The notes below the pieces were generated by a model that saw nothing but the letters and a program-made list of their open reading frames with translations, was not told the DNA's origin and ran no database searches. Shown piece by piece: positions 56,633-63,476 of a stretch of 63,476 nt of DNA (the first letter of the stretch is position 1; the number at the start of each line of letters is the position of its first letter). Location of the stretch: IMG/VR virus record IMGVR_UViG_3300025894_000010, positions 1 through 63,476 of that record. The stretch is one strand, 5' to 3'. This DNA is from a virus. Taxonomy: Duplodnaviria > Caudoviricetes. The translations under genes and the position numbers were made by a program.

Positions 56633-58232
56633 CACGTATCAATATAATCACTTAGTCAAGAAAGATGGTGTAGTCCAAGAGTGGACACAGGAGGAAGTTC
56701 TTGAATATAAAAAGTGTATGGAAAATCCCTCATATTTTGCAGAAAAATATGTCAAGATTATTTCACTGGATAGGGGTCTTGTTCCTTTTAATCTTTATCC
56801 CTATCAAGAACGTATGTTCCATCATTTTAACAGCAATCGTTTTAACATTGTACTTGCTTGCAGACAATCTGGCAAATCAATTTCGTCTGTCGCCTATCTT
56901 CTCTGGTATGCGATTTTCAATCCCGAAAAAACCATTGCTGTTCTGGCTAACAAAGGTTCCACTTCGCGAGAAATGCTCGGACGTATTACACTTATGCTTG
57001 AGAACTTGCCGTTCTTTTTACAACCTGGCTGCAAGACTCTTAATAAGGGTAGTATCGATTTTTCTAATAACAGTAGGATTGTGGCTGCTAGTACTAGCGG
57101 CAGTTCTATTCGGGGTATGTCTGTTAATCTCCTCTATCTCGATGAGTTTGCTTTTGTTGAGCGAGCATCAGAATTCTACACTTCCACCTATCCTGTTGTC
57201 TCTGCCGGAAAAGATACAAAGGTTATTATCACATCTACAGCAAATGGTATCGGAAATATATTCCATAAAATATGGGAAGGCGCCAACCAAGGGATAAATC
57301 AGTTTATACCTTTTCGTGTGGATTGGTTTGACGTGCCAGGACGTGATGAGCAATGGAAAGCGGAGACCATAGCAAACACTAGCATTCTTCAATTTGACCA
57401 GGAATTCGGTAACACATTCTTCGGTACGGGCGACACATTAATAAGCGCCGACACCTTGATGAAATTACGTGCCACAGATCCTATCACACATATGGAAGGT
57501 GGCGATCTTCTTGTTTATCAAGAAACGCAACCAGATCATGATTACATCATGTGTGTTGATGTAAGCAAGGGAAGAGGACAGGACTATTCTACATTCAATA
57601 TCATCGACATTAGCACGAGACCTTTTAAACAGGTGGCTGTGTATCGCTGTAACACTATCTCGCCCTTGCTCTTTCCTAATATTATCTATAAGTATGCGAA
57701 AGTCTACAATGAAGCATATGTTGTTGTTGAATCAAATGATCAAGGTACTTTAGTATGTAATGGCTTATATCTAGATTTAGAATATGAGAACATGCATGTT
57801 GAATCAGTATCAAAAAATAAAATGGGCATTGAAATCAATCGGAAGACTAAGCGGCTTGGTTGTTCGGGTATCAAAGATCTATTAGAAGAAAACAAATTAG
57901 AAATTGTTGATGAGAATACTATATTAGAAATATCTACGTTTTGTGCCAGAGGGCAATCATATGAAGCAAGCGATGGCAACCACGATGATCTCATGATGAA
58001 TTTGGTGATGTTTGGATATTTTACCACCGACAGTAGATTCAACGATCTCACCGATATTGATATGAAACAAATGTTATTTCAAAGTAGAATGGATTCTATT
58101 GAGGCAGATTTGGTGCCGTTTGGTTATCATGATAACAATGATGAGTATATTGATTCGCTAGAAGATATTGAAAGTATGAAAGACAAAAACTGGTCAATAC
58201 CTTGGGATCATGATCTACAAAATCCGTGGTAA
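56622..58232 (+). CDS. gp17: Terminase large subunit
   Basis: LYPYQ, RQSGKS (Walker A), LLYLDEFAF (Walker B), ITSTANG, VDVSKGRGQDYS, HDDLMM. ATG at 56622 preferred to TTG at 56598. Confidence 0.96.
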   Translation: MSNDTYQYNHLVKKDGVVQEWTQEEVLEYKKCMENPSYFAEKYVKIISLDRGLVPFNLYPYQERMFHHFNSNRFNIVLACRQSGKSISSVAYLLWYAIFNPEKTIAVLANKGSTSREMLGRITLMLENLPFFLQPGCKTLNKGSIDFSNNSRIVAASTSGSSIRGMSVNLLYLDEFAFVERASEFYTSTYPVVSAGKDTKVIITSTANGIGNIFHKIWEGANQGINQFIPFRVDWFDVPGRDEQWKAETIANTSILQFDQEFGNTFFGTGDTLISADTLMKLRATDPITHMEGGDLLVYQETQPDHDYIMCVDVSKGRGQDYSTFNIIDISTRPFKQVAVYRCNTISPLLFPNIIYKYAKVYNEAYVVVESNDQGTLVCNGLYLDLEYENMHVESVSKNKMGIEINRKTKRLGCSGIKDLLEENKLEIVDENTILEISTFCARGQSYEASDGNHDDLMMNLVMFGYFTTDSRFNDLTDIDMKQMLFQSRMDSIEADLVPFGYHDNNDEYIDSLEDIESMKDKNWSIPWDHDLQNPW

Positions 58233-58777
58233 ATCAATGGCATAATTTTAAGATTGATACGATCTTATCTGACGCAGAAATGCAGAGTCTCTGGGAGTTA
58301 TATAATAAATCCAGACACGAGTACATAGATCAATTCTATAACCTTTTCAATCTACACCGATACAATCCAAGAAGTGAAGACGTAAAAGATTGTCCTGCTA
58401 TTAAGCATTTAGATAATTATGCCGCAACACGAGGGTTAAAAAATTACTCACATTATTTTCTTAAGTATATTCCGTATTCATTTACGCGACTCCATGAAGA
58501 CAATAATGAGTTGGTTGAAAAAACAATCATTACGTTTCTAGAATCATCTGAAGACTTGGTTGGTGGTGACACGTTGGTTATGGATAAACACTACGACTTG
58601 CCACAGGAAGGAGTAAGAAAAGGTCCTCTCAATCACAAAAAAGATATCGTTCCTGTTGTGGCGCCCTCTCAAAATGGTAGCAGTCTGGTCTATAATCATG
58701 ATGTACTCCATGGGGTTAGTCAAGTCCGACAGGGACATCGGATAGTGCTGGTCAGTTGGTATGTTAAGAATTCATAG
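58226..58777 (+). CDS. 2OG-Fe(II) oxygenase
   Basis: RLHED (HxD), GGDT, LHGVSQV..GHRIVLVSW. Confidence 0.8.
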   Translation: MVNQWHNFKIDTILSDAEMQSLWELYNKSRHEYIDQFYNLFNLHRYNPRSEDVKDCPAIKHLDNYAATRGLKNYSHYFLKYIPYSFTRLHEDNNELVEKTIITFLESSEDLVGGDTLVMDKHYDLPQEGVRKGPLNHKKDIVPVVAPSQNGSSLVYNHDVLHGVSQVRQGHRIVLVSWYVKNS

Positions 58778-58779
58778 TA

Positions 58780-58787
58780 TATAAATA
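58780..58787 (+). promoter_or_regulatory. Late promoter TATAAATA
   Basis: Upstream of gp18. Confidence 0.8.
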
Positions 58788-58850
58788 AATACATTGAGAA
58801 ATCTCCGTATTATGATATCTTATTCATGTTAACGAAAAAAGGACACGACT

Positions 58851-60683
58851 ATGGCATTTTCACCATCTGAGTCTCCCGCTGTCACAATCAGAGAAGTAGA
58901 TCTATCAGGTATTGTTCCTGCGGTGACTTCCTCTACTGGTGCGATGGTTGCAGACCTCAACTGGGGACCTGGCGATCAACCAATTCTTGTTGGTAACGAA
59001 GCAGAATTGATTGCAAACTTTGGTTCCCCCACGTTAGTTGTAGACAGTAATAATATAGATTTTCTGTCTGCCGCTAGTTTCTTAAAATACTCTGGATCTC
59101 TGTATGTTTCACGGGCACTTGACACGGCTGACTTAAATGCTGTGGACTCTGCCTCAGGTGTCACTGGCACTCTTGTCAGTAACGCGGCAGATTGGGAAGC
59201 AGACAAGAGCGGTTACATTCTTGGTGCAACAGGCACTCCTGCCGAAAAGCGTTTCATCGCAAAATATCCTGGCGAAGCAGGAAACTCATTATCAGTTTCT
59301 ATCTGCCCATGGTCAGGTCTTGCGGGCGATGGCGGTAAAGCGGCGGTGGCTGACAGTGCATTCACTAACTGGACATATGTAAGCCAGTTTGATGAAGCAC
59401 CCGGAACATCATCTTTTGTTGCGGCACGAAGCATCGACGGTGCGAAGGCACACGACGAAGCACACGTTGTCGTCGTTGACGAAGACGGTGCTTTCACGGG
59501 TACTCCTGGTACTGTACTAGAGACTTTCCCTCACGTTTCTTACGCCACAGACGCGAAGACTACCGACGGTAGTAACAATCACATTGTTGATGTTATTAAC
59601 GAGCAATCTCAGTATATCTGGATGGCACGTCAAGGTGAACTGAACAGCACCACAACTGCGGCTGCCGATTGGACTAAAGCCACGATTGCTGCCAACGTCG
59701 GTGGACCATTAGCATCACCCGGTGGTCAGAATACGCAAACACGATCTTTCAATGGAGGCGCTCAGACCAAACAAGGTCATGGAATAACCACATATAAAGA
59801 TGCGTTTGAAACTGTGTACAATGATCCAGATGTCTTACAACTTGACTTTTTGATTGCACCTAGTTTGGCAACATCATCAGATCAAAAGACTTTGGTTGAA
59901 GCAATGGAAGTAGTTGCACGAAGCGACCGAAAAGATTGTGTTGTTGTATCATCACCGAACCGAGCGGCAGTTGTAGGTCAGCAAAGTGCTTCTACGATTA
60001 CCACTTCTATAGAAACTTTCGCTAAGAGTTTGGCATCATCTTCATACTTGATTATGGATGGTAACTTCCTCAAAGTGTATGACAAGTACAACGATAAGTA
60101 TACTTTCATACCAGCGGCAGCATCTACTGCAGGAATCATGGCAGCGACAGACAATGTTCAAGCCCCTTGGTTCTCACCAGCAGGTAACAGACGTGGTCAA
60201 TACTTTGGTGTAAGTGCACTCGGCTTTAGTCCAACTAAGTCTCAACGAGACACGTTGTACAAAGCAGGTGTTAACCCCATCGTTAACTTCCCTGGTCAAG
60301 GTGTGTTGCTCTTCGGAGATAAGACTAAACTAGCACGTCCTTCAGCATTTGATCGCATTAACGTTCGCCGACTATTCTTAGTCATGGAACGAGCAATCAA
60401 ATCAGCGGCTCAAAACGTAATGTTTGAATTCAATGATGAATTCACAAGAGCCGAATTCGTTAACATCGTTGAACCTTTCTTGAGAGAGATTAAGGGGAGA
60501 CGCGGAATCACTGACTTCAGAGTCGTTTGTGACGAAACAAACAACACTGCTCAAGTGATTGACACCAACCAATTCGTGGCTGACATCTATGTCAAACCTG
60601 CACGTTCTATCAACTACGTTACTCTAAGTTTCGTAGCAGTGAGAACTGGGGTTGACTTTGAAGAAGTCGTTGGATTGGCATAA
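58851..60683 (+). CDS. gp18: Tail sheath protein
   Basis: SPAV.IREVDL, WGP, AKYPG..GNSL, PWFSPAG..RG, FDRINVRRLF, FEFNDEFTR, IYVKPARSINY. Confidence 0.96.
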   Translation: MAFSPSESPAVTIREVDLSGIVPAVTSSTGAMVADLNWGPGDQPILVGNEAELIANFGSPTLVVDSNNIDFLSAASFLKYSGSLYVSRALDTADLNAVDSASGVTGTLVSNAADWEADKSGYILGATGTPAEKRFIAKYPGEAGNSLSVSICPWSGLAGDGGKAAVADSAFTNWTYVSQFDEAPGTSSFVAARSIDGAKAHDEAHVVVVDEDGAFTGTPGTVLETFPHVSYATDAKTTDGSNNHIVDVINEQSQYIWMARQGELNSTTTAAADWTKATIAANVGGPLASPGGQNTQTRSFNGGAQTKQGHGITTYKDAFETVYNDPDVLQLDFLIAPSLATSSDQKTLVEAMEVVARSDRKDCVVVSSPNRAAVVGQQSASTITTSIETFAKSLASSSYLIMDGNFLKVYDKYNDKYTFIPAAASTAGIMAATDNVQAPWFSPAGNRRGQYFGVSALGFSPTKSQRDTLYKAGVNPIVNFPGQGVLLFGDKTKLARPSAFDRINVRRLFLVMERAIKSAAQNVMFEFNDEFTRAEFVNIVEPFLREIKGRRGITDFRVVCDETNNTAQVIDTNQFVADIYVKPARSINYVTLSFVAVRTGVDFEEVVGLA

Positions 60684-60705
60684 AGCGCACAAGGAGATAT
60701 AAACA

Positions 60706-61233
60706 ATGGCAATTTTAGGCGTAGATGATTTTAAATCAAAACTGCGAGGTGGTGGTGCGCGACCGAATTTATTCAAAGCGACCATTAACTTTCCCGCATA
60801 CGCAGGGGGTGATGTTGAACTAACATCCTTCATGTGTCGGGCTGGGCAGTTACCAGGTTCTACCATTCCTGCATTAAACGTACCTTTCAGAGGCAGAATT
60901 CTGAAAGTGGCTGGCGACAGAACGTTTGAGCCTTGGGAAGTTACTATCTTAAACGATACTGGCTTTGAGGTTCGTGATGCTATGGAGCGTTGGATGAACG
61001 GTATGAACGGTCACAGTGCAAACACTGGCTTGACCAATCCAACAGACTATCAAACCGATCTCATTATTGATCAGTTAGATAGAGATGAGTCTGTTATCAA
61101 ACGGTACAATATTCGCGGTGCTTTTCCAACGGCAGTTGGACCGATTGAATTGACCTATGATAACGGTGGTGAAGTAGAGACATTTACCACAACGTTTGAT
61201 TTCCAATATTGGGAGTCAAATACTACTAGTTAA
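60706..61233 (+). CDS. gp19: Tail tube protein
   Basis: GGGARPNLF, VPFRGR.LKVAGDRTFEPW, QLDR, AFPT. Confidence 0.95.
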   Translation: MAILGVDDFKSKLRGGGARPNLFKATINFPAYAGGDVELTSFMCRAGQLPGSTIPALNVPFRGRILKVAGDRTFEPWEVTILNDTGFEVRDAMERWMNGMNGHSANTGLTNPTDYQTDLIIDQLDRDESVIKRYNIRGAFPTAVGPIELTYDNGGEVETFTTTFDFQYWESNTTS

Positions 61234-61240
61234 TAGTAGG

Positions 61241-61247
61241 CTAAATA
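61241..61247 (+). promoter_or_regulatory. Late promoter variant CTAAATA
   Basis: Between gp19 and gp20. Confidence 0.5.
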
Positions 61248-61249
61248 AC

Positions 61250-61282
61250 AGGGTGCTCTCGGGCACCCTTGTTATTATTTTT
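61250..61282 (+). terminator. Intrinsic terminator-like hairpin after gp19
   Basis: AGGGTGCT-CTCG-GGCACCCT followed by a T-rich tract (TGTTATTATTTTT). Confidence 0.6.
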
Positions 61283-61295
61283 GATAGGAAAAGGT

Positions 61296-63003
61296 ATGGC
61301 AGACAACGATAACGCATTGTTAAAACTTTTTGGTTTTGAATTGAAGAGAACATCTACTAAGAAGAAATTACTTCCTTCAGTAGTACCTCCCACTGACGAA
61401 GACGCCGCTGGCTATATCAGCACTGGTGCCGGCGCTTACGGACAATATATTAATTTTGATGGTGATCAATCAAAAGATAACGCGCAACTTATAATGCGCT
61501 ATCGTGGTGTTGCTATGAATCCCGAAGTGGATATGGCGATTGATGAAATAGTCAACGAAGCAATTGTATCTTCAGAACTAGAGTCGTCGGTTGACTTGAA
61601 GGTAGATGAGATTGAAGCGCCCAAGAAAATCAAGGATCAGATTCTAGAAGAGTTTGAGAATGTTGTGGGGCTTCTCAAGTTTAATGATATTGGACACGAC
61701 ATTTTCAGATCATGGTACATTGATGGACGTACGGTTCATCACTTGCTAGTCAATGAAAGTAATGTAAAGGCAGGTATCCAAGAGATCCGTCACATTGATT
61801 CAGCAAAAATAAGAAAAGTAAAAGAAATAAAGTATAAGAAAGATCCTCAAACAGGTGTTAAAATTGTAGACAAAATTGATGAGTATTATGTTTACGAAGA
61901 GAAGCCTGGTTCTAATACAGTTCAAGGTGTCAAGATCTCAACTGACGCCATTTCATATATCACATCGGGCTTGCTTGATGAGTCAAAGAAAAAGGTTATA
62001 TCTCATCTTCACAAAGCACTAAAGCCTATCAACCAACTGCGGATGATGGAAGACTCGTTGGTCATCTATCGTTTGGCTCGTGCACCTGAAAGACGTATTT
62101 TTTACGTAGACATCGGTAATTTGCCACGAGGTAAAGCAGATCAATACATGAAAGATATTATGACCAAATATCGGAACAAGTTGGTTTATGATGCAAGCAC
62201 TGGTCAAATCAAAGACGACCGAAAGCATATGTCTATGCTTGAAGATTTCTGGTTACCACGGCGTGAAAATGGACGTGGCACATCCGTAGAGACTCTGCCT
62301 GGTGGTGATAACTTAGGTCAGATTGACGATATCATATACTTCCAGAAGAGATTATATCGTAGTTTGAACGTGCCTGTCAATAGGTTAGAGCAAGAAAATC
62401 AATTTAGTTTAGGTCGGTCGTCTGAAATCACTCGTGATGAAGTGAAGTTTCAGAAGTTTATTGACCGCATTAGACGACGATTTGGTACCATGTTTTTGGG
62501 TATTCTCAAGAAGCAATTGATTCTCAAAGGCATCATTACTGCACAAGATTGGGAAGAGTGGAAAGACGATATCTACATTGATTATATCAAAGACAACCAC
62601 TTTGCTGAACTCAAGGACGCAGAGATTCTCCAAAATCGGATTGGTCTTATGAACGAAATTACTCAGTACGTAGGTGAATACTACAGCAAAGAGTGGGTTC
62701 AAAAGAACGTCATGATGCTTGATGACGAAGAAATTGCACAAATGAAAAAGCAAATTGACAAAGAAATGGCAGAAGGTGACATACCTGATCCTGAGGAAGA
62801 AGAAGAGAAAGAGAAAGAAAAGATCGCCATGGCGAATCAACCGCCTGCTCCTACACCCGTGACTGTTGTTGAGCCTAAGTCTGAAATGGAACGCCAGAAA
62901 GAAGCAGAGAAAGCGAAAGCAGATAAAGAGAAGAAAGAAGAATATATACCTACACATGAGGATGAATTGACTGAAGAATTGACTAGGTATATGGCGCGAT
63001 TAA

Positions 63004-63020
<17 letters not shown>
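61296..63020 (+). CDS. gp20: Portal vertex protein
   Basis: LFGF, PEVD.AIDEIVNEAIV, WYIDGR, NQLRMMEDSLVIYRLARAPERRIFY, EDFWLPRRE, ITRDEVKF. ATG at 61296 with an AGGAAAAGG RBS. Confidence 0.96.

Positions 63021-63476
<456 letters not shown>

Overview
This window is the late (virion morphogenesis) region of a T4-like myovirus. Its gene order and content resemble marine T4-like phages; the host cannot be determined from this sequence. A short leftward block holds a probable tape-measure start, the gp26/gp51-like pair, a gp19/54-like tube protein, gp2 and gp4. It diverges from a long rightward block: gp48, gp53, hub, a three-gene gp5 region, gp25, gp6, gp8, a VrlC-like protein, several giant fibre or structural genes, an S8 protease, gp13-15, a relocated gp7-like gene, gp16-20 and a collagen-like gene cut by the window edge. 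T4-type late promoters (TATAAATA) punctuate the region. The standout is the 3146-aa gene at 20988-30428, a mirror-symmetric Tyr-repeat protein. It has 55 12-mer repeats and 114 tetrapeptides going out, a 172-aa central domain, then 114 tetrapeptides and 55 12-mers coming back, with variants co-varying in mirror order. This suggests a single-chain giant hairpin fibre with a tip domain. It shares a predicted late transcription unit with a small helical protein, a GT-A-like glycosyltransferase and a 2OG-Fe(II)-like oxygenase. Other notable signals are a probable -1 frameshift joining the gp26- and gp51-like frames, 12 repeats resembling the phycobiliprotein C-x-R-D motif in a 2773-aa protein, Asp-Ser enrichment in fibre proteins, and a switch-like RNA structure upstream of the giant gene. 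All functional calls come from motif recognition and synteny; no database searches were run.
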